Assembly (NCBI GenBank): GCA_930990555.1
Contig: CAKNPW010000006.1
Span: forward strand, 2,833 to 66,832
Length of the DNA stretch: 64,000 nucleotides
Source: an uncultured Clostridium sp.
GTDB taxonomy: Bacteria; Bacillota; Clostridia; TANB77; CAG-508
Direction of reading: 5' to 3'
Below, one piece after another: positions 37,694 through 49,673 of this stretch (positions are counted from its first letter, which is position 1; each line of letters begins with the position of its first letter). The notes beneath the pieces were generated by a model. The model was not told the DNA's origin. It did no database searches and saw only the letters and a program-made list of their open reading frames with translations. Position numbers and translations under genes: made by a program.

Positions 37694-37730
37694 TGAAGAG
37701 TCTTAGTTTTAAACTAAGACTCTTCATTTT
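37694..37730. terminator. Canonical intrinsic terminator between convergent ftsH and the pseudouridine synthase gene
   Basis: 16-bp arms TGAAGAGTCTTAGTTT / AAACTAAGACTCTTCA followed by TTTT. Confidence 0.85.
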
Positions 37731-38592
37731 ATATAAAAATTATATCATCTAACTTAATTTCTTTTCTATTTAAGTAATTCAAAACACCTGCATCTGAAAT
37801 AAAATTAAACTTTATATAATAGCTACATAATAATTGTGCTTTTTGATTAAACTTTTTATTTATTTGATTATTACCATATTTTCCATCACCTATTATAGGA
37901 TGACCAATATATGCTAGATGTGCTCTTATTTGATGAGTCCTGCCTGTTTCCAAGTTAATATCTATAATAGAAGTATTCTCTTTTGAATCAGAGCTTAATA
38001 CTTTATATGATGTAATGATCTTCCTATATCCAGTCTTTGGCTTATCAGAAATATAAACCATTGATTTTTTATTATCTTTAAATAAATAATGAACTAAAGT
38101 ATCTTTCTTTTTCAAAGGGATTCCAACAACTTTGGCAAGATAATGTTTTTCTATCTCATGATTTTTAAATTTTTCCATTAAAATGTTATTAACTTCATCG
38201 TTTTTAGAAAAAATAATTAACCCAGATGTATTCCTATCTAACCTATGACATGGCATAAATTTTGGACTATAATTTTCATTAACATATGTAGTTAAGGAAT
38301 CGATACCTGTAACTTCTAAATCTTTAGGTTTATTAAAAATGATTATATTATCGTCTTCGTATATTACTGGAATATCATATTTTTTGTAAAGTAAATCATC
38401 TACAATATATACTCTAACCTTATTATTTTCATATACAATACAATCTTTAGATACACGTTTTTCATTTATTAAAATATCTTTTTTCTTTAAAGCTTTAACA
38501 AATGTCCCATATTTTAATGCGGGATATGTATCTAGTAATAATTTACTTAATTTTTTATTATCATATTTTTTATCTACAACTAAATCTCTCAT
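37729..38592 (-). CDS. RluA-family pseudouridine synthase with an S4-like N-terminus
   Basis: Catalytic motif HRLDRNTSGLIIF, and RTHQIRAHLAYIGHPIIGD. Start uncertain: MRDLVVD at 38592, or the upstream ATG at 38667. Confidence 0.85.
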   Translation of the reverse strand: MRDLVVDKKYDNKKLSKLLLDTYPALKYGTFVKALKKKDILINEKRVSKDCIVYENNKVRVYIVDDLLYKKYDIPVIYEDDNIIIFNKPKDLEVTGIDSLTTYVNENYSPKFMPCHRLDRNTSGLIIFSKNDEVNNILMEKFKNHEIEKHYLAKVVGIPLKKKDTLVHYLFKDNKKSMVYISDKPKTGYRKIITSYKVLSSDSKENTSIIDINLETGRTHQIRAHLAYIGHPIIGDGKYGNNQINKKFNQKAQLLCSYYIKFNFISDAGVLNYLNRKEIKLDDIIFI

Positions 38593-38688
38593 AATAATAT
38601 AATTATAAGCTCTTTTTAGTATAATTTCAATAGAAAAATGCTGGATTAGCAACGCTAGTTTCAGCATTTTTCTATTGTTCTGATAAGA

Positions 38689-39051
38689 TTATAATTGACG
38701 TGAGATATTCAAAAATTTATCTTTGTCTCTTTTTTTCTTACCGGTGTGAGTTCTTTTTAATTCGGCAGATTGGTAGCATCTGCATCCTGGTGACTCTACC
38801 ACTTGCAAATACCAAACTTTTTTAAAAAGCCTTGTCCGAACAATGATACCATTAAGATTAAGGTTCATTCTTTTGGAATAATTCGGAATGGCAACAATGT
38901 AACCATATGGAGCTGCTTTATTAGGTCCTTCCGCGAAGTGGCACCATTTGTCTTCTTTTGTTACAGGTCTTACTTCGAAATCGTTCCGAGTGAAAACTCT
39001 TTTTGGTGCTTTAGACGAATTCAATTGTGATTTTTTTGTTTTTCGTTTCAT
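38689..39051 (-). CDS. Hypothetical basic protein (120 aa)
   Basis: ORF with Lys/Arg-rich termini. No motif recognised. Confidence 0.5.
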   Translation of the reverse strand: MKRKTKKSQLNSSKAPKRVFTRNDFEVRPVTKEDKWCHFAEGPNKAAPYGYIVAIPNYSKRMNLNLNGIIVRTRLFKKVWYLQVVESPGCRCYQSAELKRTHTGKKKRDKDKFLNISRQL

Positions 39052-39173
39052 AGCACATACCTCCTATAGATTGATAATTATTAAATTATCATATATAATG
39101 TGCAAAGTAAATAGAAATTGCAAATAATCGATTGACCAAATTAGACAAAATAAAATGTTTAAGGAGAAAGATT

Positions 39174-39707
39174 ATGAAAGAAAAATTAAAAGATGTAAAA
39201 AGAATTTCTATAGTGGGAGGACCAGGAACAGGAAAAACAACACTTGCACAGCAATTATCTAACATATTAAAAATACCAGCAACTCATTTAGATAGTGTGA
39301 ATTTTAAACCAAATTGGGAAAAAGTACCTACTGAAGAAAGAGACAAAAAAATATTAGAGAAAGTAAAAGAAGAATACTGGATAATTGATGGTAATTATGT
39401 AGGAACATTACCAAAAAGATTAGAAAGAGCAGATTTAGTAATTTGGCTAGATTATTCTACTACTAGCATTATAAAAGGAGTATTAGAAAGGACAATACGT
39501 AATTATAATAAAGAGAAAAAAGAACTTCCTGGGTGTAAAGAAAGAATTGATTGGCATTTCTTAAAATATATGATTACATTTAGAATAAAAAAGCACAAAA
39601 AAATCGAAGAAAATATTAATAAAATAGCTAAAGAAAAAGTTATAATATTTCATAAAAGAAAAGAATTAAATAGATGGCTAGCAGATATCCAAAATAAAGC
39701 TGATTAA
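39174..39707 (+). CDS. P-loop kinase-like protein (adenylate kinase / FlaR 'topology modulation' family)
   Basis: ISIVGGPGTGKTTLAQQLS Walker A. About 178 aa. Start chosen 8 nt after AAGGAG. Confidence 0.7.
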   Translation: MKEKLKDVKRISIVGGPGTGKTTLAQQLSNILKIPATHLDSVNFKPNWEKVPTEERDKKILEKVKEEYWIIDGNYVGTLPKRLERADLVIWLDYSTTSIIKGVLERTIRNYNKEKKELPGCKERIDWHFLKYMITFRIKKHKKIEENINKIAKEKVIIFHKRKELNRWLADIQNKAD

Positions 39708-39711
39708 GGGG

Positions 39712-39741
39712 TTGACAAACCTTGGAATGATATGGTAAAAT
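39712..39741 (+). promoter_or_regulatory. Promoter of the rplU-rpmA operon
   Basis: TTGACA-18 nt-TAAAAT, with an upstream TG (extended -10). Confidence 0.7.
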
Positions 39742-39747
39742 AATTAC

Positions 39748-39833
39748 CTGTAAGCCGCCTAGGTCGGGCAACTAAATGTTAGCTATGCTAACTGCCTTGT
39801 ATTTATGCTTAGCGAGTATACAAAAATAGGGAG
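39748..39833 (+). promoter_or_regulatory. Structured 5' leader upstream of rplU (candidate L21 ribosomal-protein leader)
   Basis: About 85-nt leader with nested hairpin GGCA-...-GTTAGC-tat-GCTAAC-TGCC. Position matches the Firmicute L21 leader. The class was not verified against a covariance model. Confidence 0.45.
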
Positions 39834-39845
39834 GTGCATTTTATA

Positions 39846-40184
39846 ATGTACGCAATAATCGAAAGTTGTGGAAAACAATACAAAGTAGCAGAAGGAGATG
39901 TAGTATTCTTCGAAAAATTAGACGTAGAAGAAGGAAAAAAAGTTACATTCGATAAAGTAATCTTAGTATCTAATGATGGAAAAATCGAAGTAGGAACTCC
40001 TAATGTTAAAGGTGTAAAAGTAGAAGGAAAAGTAGTTTCTCATGGTAAAGGAAAGAAAATCCGTGTATACAAATACAAAGCTAAAAAGAACTACAGAAGA
40101 ACACAAGGACATAGACAACCATATACAAAGGTTGAAATTACATCAATAAAAACAGCTGCTGCAAAAGCTAAAGCAGAAGCTTAA
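39846..40184 (+). CDS. rplU: 50S ribosomal protein L21
   Basis: [32 protein letters not shown] lies 9 nt upstream. Confidence 0.95.
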   Translation: MYAIIESCGKQYKVAEGDVVFFEKLDVEEGKKVTFDKVILVSNDGKIEVGTPNVKGVKVEGKVVSHGKGKKIRVYKYKAKKNYRRTQGHRQPYTKVEITSIKTAAAKAKAEA

Positions 40185-40225
40185 GATATAAAGAGAGATA
40201 TTATCCACGAAAGGAGTGAAATTTA

Positions 40226-40495
40226 ATGGCACATAAAAAAGGTCAAGGTAGTGTTAAGAACGGAAGAGACAGTGAGTCAAAGCGTTTAGGTGTCAAAAAA
40301 GCAGATGGACAATTCGTTTTAGCTGGAAATATCCTTATTAGACAAAGAGGAACAAAATATCATCCAGGTAAAAATGTAGGAATTGGTAGTGATGATACAT
40401 TATATGCATTAGTAAATGGAACTGTAAAATTCGAAAAATTCGGAAAAGATAAGAAACAAGTAAGTGTTTACGAAGAAACAGCAGCTAATGCTTAA
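40226..40495 (+). CDS. rpmA: 50S ribosomal protein L27 (no N-terminal propeptide)
   Basis: [24 protein letters not shown]. Confidence 0.95.
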   Translation: MAHKKGQGSVKNGRDSESKRLGVKKADGQFVLAGNILIRQRGTKYHPGKNVGIGSDDTLYALVNGTVKFEKFGKDKKQVSVYEETAANA

Positions 40496-40506
40496 GATTT
40501 ATAAAA

Positions 40507-40533
40507 AAGGCAGGTTAGGAACCTGTCTTTTTT
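40507..40533 (+). terminator. Terminator after rpmA
   Basis: AAGGCAGGTT-agg-AACCTGTCTT followed by TTTT. Confidence 0.8.
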
Positions 40534-40667
40534 GTATATATAACAAATATTATGTGTAATAAATATAATTATAATAGTGAATTTTAAATTTCAGCTATAA
40601 TTTAATTGTAAAAAACTAGAAAATATAGTATAATATAGCAGAATTGACAATGATTGGAGATGGCGAT

Positions 40668-42970
<2,303 letters not shown>

Positions 42971-43035
42971 TAAGATAGTGCCTAAGTAGTACTAATATAT
43001 GAGAATATCAAAAAATGCTGTTAATAAAGTAAAAC

Positions 43036-43068
43036 AAGTAGGCACAGATTCTATCTGTGTCTACTTTT
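43036..43068 (+). terminator. Terminator after obg
   Basis: AAGTAGGCACAGAT-tct-ATCTGTGTCTACTT followed by TTT. Confidence 0.8.
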
Positions 43069-43093
43069 GTATAAGAGGGGAATTAAAATTGAT

Positions 43094-43840
43094 ATGGGAA
43101 AATTAAATGAAGAGTATGATATTTTTATTCAAAAAGGAGAACTAGAGAAATTTATCGATTCTAAGAAAAATGAGTTTTATCAAATTATTACAATAAAAGA
43201 TAAGAAAAATAAAATTAAATTAAAAGAACTACCTGTGTTATTTAGCATCAATATAGAAAAAGATACAAATTTAAAAAATATAATAAAAAACATTCAAAGA
43301 ATATTAAAAAATTGCTATAGAAAGAAGCTTGATATAGGAATTAAATATAAAGAAAAGAAAATAATAGGTGAGTTTATAGATGACAGTACTCAAGAAAGCA
43401 AAACAGATATAATAAAATGTTTAAAAGCAGTTTTTATTAAAGAAAAAAGGAAAAGGATAGAATATATTTATGACCAAGTATGTGAAGATTTAGATGAAGA
43501 ATTTGCGAGAAATAATTATTGCGATTTTAAAGATGATGTATGTATAGGAAAAAGAAATTGTAGTGAAAGAGTAACAATGGGCTGTTGTCACAAATTTAAG
43601 CATACACTAACTATGAATGGAGAATTAAAGGAATGTCCATATTTAGTAGATAAGCATTGTTCTACACAATGTATTACTTGTAAGCTATTTACTTGTGATG
43701 CAATTAAAGTAAAATTTAAACTAAAGGATATCCAACTTATAGAATGTTTTTTTAATCCAATTCAAAAATTAATTGTAAAAACTAATTTTTTTACTAAGAG
43801 AGAAAAGATTATTGATAGATTAGTATTATTTTGTATGTAA
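43094..43840 (+). CDS. Hypothetical Cys-rich protein (about 248 aa)
   Basis: ORF; ATG at 43094 preferred because the TTG at 43067 lies inside the obg terminator. The C-terminal half carries 14 Cys (CDFKDDVCIGKRNCSERVTMGCCHKFKH...CPYLVDKHCSTQCITCKLFTC). Confidence 0.55.
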   Translation: MGKLNEEYDIFIQKGELEKFIDSKKNEFYQIITIKDKKNKIKLKELPVLFSINIEKDTNLKNIIKNIQRILKNCYRKKLDIGIKYKEKKIIGEFIDDSTQESKTDIIKCLKAVFIKEKRKRIEYIYDQVCEDLDEEFARNNYCDFKDDVCIGKRNCSERVTMGCCHKFKHTLTMNGELKECPYLVDKHCSTQCITCKLFTCDAIKVKFKLKDIQLIECFFNPIQKLIVKTNFFTKREKIIDRLVLFCM

Positions 43841-43932
43841 ATTAAATATTTAGATTATTAGGGGGCAAATTATTTTGCTCTTTTTTATTGACATATAAGA
43901 ACAAATGTTTTATAATAGTGATGGTGAAATAA

Positions 43933-45138
43933 ATGGAAAGAGAAATCTTACATGTTGATGTAAATAATGCTTTTTTATCATGGCTGGCAGTATATAAATT
44001 AGAATGTGGAGAAAAGCTAGATATAAGAACGATTCCATCAATAATCGGAGGAGACGAAAAACAACGACATGGAATTGTTTTAGCTAAGAGCAATTTGTCA
44101 AAACAATTTGGGATAAAAACAGGAGAACCATTGTATAGCGCGAGAAAAAAATGTCCTACAATAAAAATTTACGAAAGTAATTTTAAAGTTTATAAAAAAT
44201 ATTCAGATATGTTGTATAAATTATTGTTAGAATATTCATATAAAGTAGAAAGATTTTCTATAGATGAATGTTTTGTAGACATGACCGAATTCTTAAATGG
44301 TAGAAGATTAATAGATGTTGCATACGAAATTGGTAAAAGAGTAAAAGAAGAATTAAAATTTACAGTTAATATTGGTGTTGCACATAATAAATTATTAGCT
44401 AAAATGGCTTCAGATTTTCAAAAACCAGATAGAGTACATACTTTATACGAAAAAGAAATTCCAAGAAAAATGTGGACATTACCAATATCCGAACTATTTA
44501 TGGTAGGAAGAAGAACGCTTCCTAAATTATATAATATGAATATAAAAACAATAGAAGATTTGGCTAAGGTAGATAAAAATTTACTAATAAAAAAATTTGG
44601 TAAGTTTGGAAAAACTATGTGGGAATATGCCAACGGAATAGATGAGTCTGAAGTTGTATATACATATCAGAAACCAAAGTGTGTAGGAAATTCCACTACA
44701 GTATCACAAGATATAAATGATATAGAAAAAATAGAAGAAGTTTTATTAGCACTTACAGAACATACAACATATAGGTTAAGAAAAATAAAGATGCTTTGTA
44801 ATGTTGTAAGTGTACAGCTTAGAACGAGTGAATTTAAAAATTATTCACATCAAAGAAAACTTGATTTTTCAACGAATTCAACTAAAGAAATATTTAATGC
44901 TGCGAAACAATTAGTAAGGCAATTATACAAAGGTGAGCCTATTAGATTAATTGGAATTCGAGTAGATAATTTATGTGAAGAAGATGAAAAGCAAATTTCA
45001 ATATTTGAAAATAATGACACCAAAAAACAAGAAAAATTAGATAAAGTAGTAGATTTAATTAAAGATAAATATGGGTACGAAACTATAACTAGAGCTGGGG
45101 ATATGAAACATACTAAAAATATAAATAGAAAAGATTAG
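43933..45138 (+). CDS. dinB: Y-family DNA polymerase (Pol IV / UvrX-like)
   Basis: ILHVDVNNAF, FSIDECFVDM, GVAHNKLLAKMASDFQKP, and little-finger region. Confidence 0.85.
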   Translation: MEREILHVDVNNAFLSWLAVYKLECGEKLDIRTIPSIIGGDEKQRHGIVLAKSNLSKQFGIKTGEPLYSARKKCPTIKIYESNFKVYKKYSDMLYKLLLEYSYKVERFSIDECFVDMTEFLNGRRLIDVAYEIGKRVKEELKFTVNIGVAHNKLLAKMASDFQKPDRVHTLYEKEIPRKMWTLPISELFMVGRRTLPKLYNMNIKTIEDLAKVDKNLLIKKFGKFGKTMWEYANGIDESEVVYTYQKPKCVGNSTTVSQDINDIEKIEEVLLALTEHTTYRLRKIKMLCNVVSVQLRTSEFKNYSHQRKLDFSTNSTKEIFNAAKQLVRQLYKGEPIRLIGIRVDNLCEEDEKQISIFENNDTKKQEKLDKVVDLIKDKYGYETITRAGDMKHTKNINRKD

Positions 45139-45193
45139 ATATTGCAAAAACAAAATATATAGTATAAAATCTTTTAAAAAACGGAGGCAAAAA

Positions 45194-46042
45194 ATGACAG
45201 AAATAATAGATGGAAAAGGTTTAGCAAAAAAGATTAGAGGAAATCTAAAAAAAGATGTAGATGAGTTAAAAAAGGAAGGTATCAAACCAAAATTTGCAGT
45301 CATTTTAGTTGGAGATGACCCAGCATCAAAAATATATGTAAGAAATAAAAATAAAGCTTGTAACGAAATTGGTATAGAATATGAAGAACATTTACTACCA
45401 GAAAATACAACCATGGAAGAATTATTAGCTCTAATAGATGAATTAAATAATGATAAAAGTATTAATGGTGTATTATTACAAAGTCCATTACCTAAACATT
45501 TGGATATAAACGAAGCATTTAAAAAAATAGATTATAGAAAAGATGTAGATGGATTTAATCCAATAAATGTAGGAAAATTAGCTTTAGGACAAGATTGCTT
45601 TGTTTCTTGTACGCCTTATGGTATTGTAAAGATGATAGAAGAATATAACATACCAACAGAAGGTAAGAAAGCAGTTATAATTGGTAGAAGCAATATAGTA
45701 GGAAAGCCATTAATACAATGTCTTTTATCTAAAAATGCAACAGTTACTATATGTCATTCTAAAACAAAAGAAATCGAGAAAATTACAAAGGATGCAGATA
45801 TAATTGTAACTGCAATGGGAAAACCAAAGTTTTTAAAAGCAGATATGGTAAAAGAAGGTGCTACAGTTATTGATGTAGGAATTAATAGAATGGAAAATGG
45901 TAAGATAACAGGAGATGTAGATTTTGAAGAAGTTTCTAAAAAAACATCATATATAACACCAGTTCCGGGGGGAGTTGGTCCTATGACAATAGCAATGCTT
46001 ATGAATAATATTGTGAAAGCAGCTAAAAATCAAAATAGGTAA
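45194..46042 (+). CDS. folD: Bifunctional methylenetetrahydrofolate dehydrogenase/cyclohydrolase
   Basis: IIDGKGLAKKIR, LVGDDPASKIYVRNK, GRSNIVGKP, TPVPGGVGPMTIAML. Confidence 0.95.
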   Translation: MTEIIDGKGLAKKIRGNLKKDVDELKKEGIKPKFAVILVGDDPASKIYVRNKNKACNEIGIEYEEHLLPENTTMEELLALIDELNNDKSINGVLLQSPLPKHLDINEAFKKIDYRKDVDGFNPINVGKLALGQDCFVSCTPYGIVKMIEEYNIPTEGKKAVIIGRSNIVGKPLIQCLLSKNATVTICHSKTKEIEKITKDADIIVTAMGKPKFLKADMVKEGATVIDVGINRMENGKITGDVDFEEVSKKTSYITPVPGGVGPMTIAMLMNNIVKAAKNQNR

Positions 46043-46112
46043 TAAAAGGGTTGATATATAATAAAAAGGGGGGAAGTTTTTTTACTTCTCTTTTTGTTTT
46101 TTGGGAGGTTAT

Positions 46113-46955
46113 ATGACTTATAAAGAATTAGTTAATTGGATTATGTTAGCAGAATATAAAAAGATTACAAATAAAAAGAAAATAGAGTTAGTACATACTT
46201 ATCATAATATAAATAAAATATGTAATATTTTAAGTTTAAATCAAATACAAAAAATAAATGAATATATTAAGTATATGCAAGAAAAAAATATACAAGTTAT
46301 AAGCTATGTTGATAAAGATTATCCAAACCAATTAAAGTGTCTATATGATGCTCCAATTGTAATATATGCAGTTGGAAATTATAAACTTTTAAATAGACCA
46401 AATAAAATTGCTGTTATTGGATCCAGAAGAGCTAGCAATTATGGTATATATATTTCACGCGAAATAGGGAAATTTCTATCACAAAATAATATTCATACAA
46501 TAAGTGGTTTAGAATTAGGAATTGATGTTAATTCTCATTTAGGAGTATTAAAAGAAAATTCGGTAAATAGCGCATCGGGTAGAGCAATAGCTGTTATAGG
46601 AAATGGTCTAGACAATATTTATCCTTATAATAATCAAGGTGTAGCAAAAGACATAATAAGTAATGGAGGATGCATAATTTCTGAATATATAATAGGAAGT
46701 AAACCTGTAAGAAATAATTTTCCAGCAAGAAATAGAATAATAAGTGCTTTATCAGATAAATTAGTAGTTGTAGAAGCAGAAAATGAAAAAAGTGGAACAA
46801 TGATAACAGTAGACTTTTCATTAGATTTAGGAAAAGAAATATATGTAATACCTGGGAATATTACAAGTAAAATGTCAAAAGGAACTAATGAATTAATAAA
46901 AAGTGGAGCAAAAATTGTAACAGACCTTAATGACATACTAGATGAAGATTATTAA
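46113..46955 (+). CDS. dprA: DNA-processing protein DprA
   Basis: IAVIGSRRASNYG, GLELGIDVNSH, FPARNRIISALSDKLVVVEA, GNITS..SKGTNELIKSGAKIV. Confidence 0.88.
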   Translation: MTYKELVNWIMLAEYKKITNKKKIELVHTYHNINKICNILSLNQIQKINEYIKYMQEKNIQVISYVDKDYPNQLKCLYDAPIVIYAVGNYKLLNRPNKIAVIGSRRASNYGIYISREIGKFLSQNNIHTISGLELGIDVNSHLGVLKENSVNSASGRAIAVIGNGLDNIYPYNNQGVAKDIISNGGCIISEYIIGSKPVRNNFPARNRIISALSDKLVVVEAENEKSGTMITVDFSLDLGKEIYVIPGNITSKMSKGTNELIKSGAKIVTDLNDILDEDY

Positions 46956-47036
46956 AATTTACTTAAAAAACTTTATCTTTTATAAAATTTATAATATAAT
47001 ATTCATGATTTAAGTTTTTGCTTAAGGAGGGTAAAA

Positions 47037-49589
47037 ATGGGGAGTAAAAATATAAAAGAAAATAGTAATAAAAAAGTAAAAAGTACCCATTCTAAAGGAA
47101 AGAGTAAAAAAGTAAAAAGTTCAAGAAAAAGAAAAGTATTAAAAATAATATTAGTAGTTATAGTCTTATTTATTATTATATGTGCAGGTATATGTGCAGG
47201 TATATTTTTTGGACTTTTTGGTGATGATTTTAAAATTACTAAAGAGGATTTAATTATTGAAAATATGAATACAGTAGTACTAGATAAAGATGGTAATGAA
47301 ATTGCCAATTTGTCAGGTGAAGAAAACAGAACTGTAGTTTCAAAGGAAGAAATGCCAGATTATTTGCCAAAAGCATTTGTTTCAATTGAAGACGAAAGAT
47401 TCTATCAACATCATGGTGTAGATATTAAAAGAACACTGGGAGCAACATTCCAATACATAATTAATGGAGGTTCATCTTCATATGGTGGAAGTACAATAAC
47501 ACAACAATTAGTTAAAAATTTAACAGCTGATAAAGATGATACTGGTGTTGCAGGAATGATAAGAAAAATAAAAGAAATGTCAAAGGCATATCAAGTAGAG
47601 AGATTAATATCTAAAGATCAAATACTAGAACTTTATTTAAATATTATCTTTTTAGGAGACAAAGCATATGGTGTAGAAGTTGCATCAAAATATTATTTTA
47701 ATAAGTCTTGTAAAGACTTAGATTTAGCAGAATGTGCTTTCTTAGCAGGTATAAATCATTCGCCAAATGCCTATAAACCATTTGAGACAGATAATGCAGA
47801 AATGCAAGAGAAGATAAAAAATAGAACAAAAACTGTTTTAATGAAGATGAAAGAATTAGGAGCAATAACTAGTGAAGAAGAATATAATTCAGCAGTAGAA
47901 GAAGTTAATAACGGATTAGCATTTAGTAAAGGTGAAACAACTACAAATGCAGCAAATTATTCATATCATACAGCAGCAGCTATAAATCAAGTAAAAAAAG
48001 ATTTGATGGAGAAAAACAACTGGAATGAAGAATTTGCAGATTTACAACTTAGAAGTAAAGGATATGTAATATATTCAACAGAGGATAGTGCTATTCAAAC
48101 TACAATGGAAGAAGAATTTAAGAAAACAGATAAATATCAAAGAAGTAGAAAAAATGATAATGGTGAAACAATAAAATCACAAGCTGCAATGGTTATAATA
48201 GATCATAAAACTGGGCAAGTAGTGGGAACTGTTGGTGGACTTGGAACAGATGTTAATGCAACAGGATTTAATAGAGCAACACAAGCTTATAGACAACCAG
48301 GTTCTACAATAAAGCCAATAGCAGTAATAGCTCCAGGCTTAGAAAATAAGATTATAACAGCAGGAACAGTATATGCAGATGTGCCTACCAATTTTGGAAC
48401 AGAATCAAATCCATACGAACCTAAGAATGATAGTGGAAAATTTGAAGGTTCTATGACAATGAGAGAAGCAATAGCAAGATCACAAAATATCCCTAATGTA
48501 AAAGCTATGTCAGAAATTGGCCCACTAAATTCTATTAACTTTTTAAGAGAAATAGGAGTTAGTAAATTAGTTACTGCAAGCGAAAATAAAGCACATAATG
48601 ACGAAGCAGTGCAATTAGCTTTAGGAGGAATAAGTAATGGAATTAGTCCATTAGAGATGGCAGCAGCATATGCAATGATTGCAAATGATGGAGAATATAT
48701 AGAACCAACATTCTATACTAAAGTAGAAGATAGAAATGGAAATGTTGTTTTAGAGCCAGAGCAAGAAAGAAAACAAGTTATGACAGAACAAAATGCATAT
48801 GTATTACAATCTATATTAACAGCGCCAGTTACAGAAAGTTATGGTACAGCAACGTATTGTGCAATTTCTGGAATGGATGTTGCAGCTAAAACTGGTACTA
48901 CTAATGACTCGAAAGATAGATGGTTATGTGGATTTACACCATATTATACAGCGGCAACTTGGTATGGTTATGATGAAAATAAAGAAATTAATTTTAGTGG
49001 AAGAAACCCAGCAGGACAAATATGGGATGCAATTATGACAAGTATAAATAAAGATTTAGAGAGTGCAAGGTTTGAAGAGCCAAGTGGAATTGTCACAAAG
49101 AGAATATGTAGAGACACGGGTCTACTTGCAAGTTCTAGATGTTCAGATACTTACAATGAAATTTTTGTTAGTGGTACAGAACCAACTGAAACTTGTGATG
49201 GAGGAAGAACTACTGTTACATTATGTTCTGAATCTGGAAAAATAGCAACAGGATATTGTCCAAGTACATATACAAGAACATATACTACAATACCAGAAAG
49301 AGAACAAGATGCTAAATGGAAATCAGATTATAGTGGATACTATGGAAATGCTCCAACACAGAAATGTACAATTCATACAAAACCTGTAGAAGAACAAAGA
49401 CCATCAACAAATACTACTAACAACACAGTTACTACACCGCCATCTTCAACAGGTAATGAAACAACATCAGGAGGAGAAACAACTTCTCCTAGTGAAGGAA
49501 GTGGCTCATCAGGAGGAGAAACAGCATCACCTGATGGGGGAGATGGAACAACTGGAGGAACAGAACCGCCAGCTACAACAACAGAATAG
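47037..49589 (+). CDS. Class A penicillin-binding protein (glycosyltransferase + transpeptidase) with a T/S/G/E-rich C-terminal tail
   Basis: GT51 motifs EDERFYQHHGVD and GGSTITQQLVKN. Transpeptidase motifs STIKP, SQN and KTGTT. Confidence 0.93.
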   Translation: MGSKNIKENSNKKVKSTHSKGKSKKVKSSRKRKVLKIILVVIVLFIIICAGICAGIFFGLFGDDFKITKEDLIIENMNTVVLDKDGNEIANLSGEENRTVVSKEEMPDYLPKAFVSIEDERFYQHHGVDIKRTLGATFQYIINGGSSSYGGSTITQQLVKNLTADKDDTGVAGMIRKIKEMSKAYQVERLISKDQILELYLNIIFLGDKAYGVEVASKYYFNKSCKDLDLAECAFLAGINHSPNAYKPFETDNAEMQEKIKNRTKTVLMKMKELGAITSEEEYNSAVEEVNNGLAFSKGETTTNAANYSYHTAAAINQVKKDLMEKNNWNEEFADLQLRSKGYVIYSTEDSAIQTTMEEEFKKTDKYQRSRKNDNGETIKSQAAMVIIDHKTGQVVGTVGGLGTDVNATGFNRATQAYRQPGSTIKPIAVIAPGLENKIITAGTVYADVPTNFGTESNPYEPKNDSGKFEGSMTMREAIARSQNIPNVKAMSEIGPLNSINFLREIGVSKLVTASENKAHNDEAVQLALGGISNGISPLEMAAAYAMIANDGEYIEPTFYTKVEDRNGNVVLEPEQERKQVMTEQNAYVLQSILTAPVTESYGTATYCAISGMDVAAKTGTTNDSKDRWLCGFTPYYTAATWYGYDENKEINFSGRNPAGQIWDAIMTSINKDLESARFEEPSGIVTKRICRDTGLLASSRCSDTYNEIFVSGTEPTETCDGGRTTVTLCSESGKIATGYCPSTYTRTYTTIPEREQDAKWKSDYSGYYGNAPTQKCTIHTKPVEEQRPSTNTTNNTVTTPPSSTGNETTSGGETTSPSEGSGSSGGETASPDGGDGTTGGTEPPATTTE

Positions 49590-49604
49590 TATATGATTAA
49601 ACAT

Positions 49605-49645
49605 AAGAAAACATCCTAAAAGAAATACTTTTAAGATGTTTTCTT
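49605..49645 (+). terminator. Long hairpin after the PBP gene
   Basis: AAGAAAACATCCTAAAAG-aaata-CTTTTAAGATGTTTTCTT. Weak T tract. Confidence 0.6.
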
Positions 49646-49673
49646 AATAATATAAATAATAAAGGAGGTTACT

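Noticed and set aside
40496-40667. I looked for a T-box leader upstream of trpS, and likewise upstream of cysS at 49590-49673.
   Set aside because: The intergenic regions are too short. They lack a specifier hairpin with a conserved T-box sequence and a terminator/antiterminator arrangement.
43842-44093. An 83-aa minus-strand ORF overlapping the start of the Y-family polymerase gene.
   Set aside because: It is antisense to a gene with clear catalytic motifs, and it has no RBS or recognisable sequence.
47003-47308. A 101-aa minus-strand ORF overlapping the PBP start.
   Set aside because: It is antisense to the PBP signal-anchor region and gives a hydrophobic low-complexity artefact.
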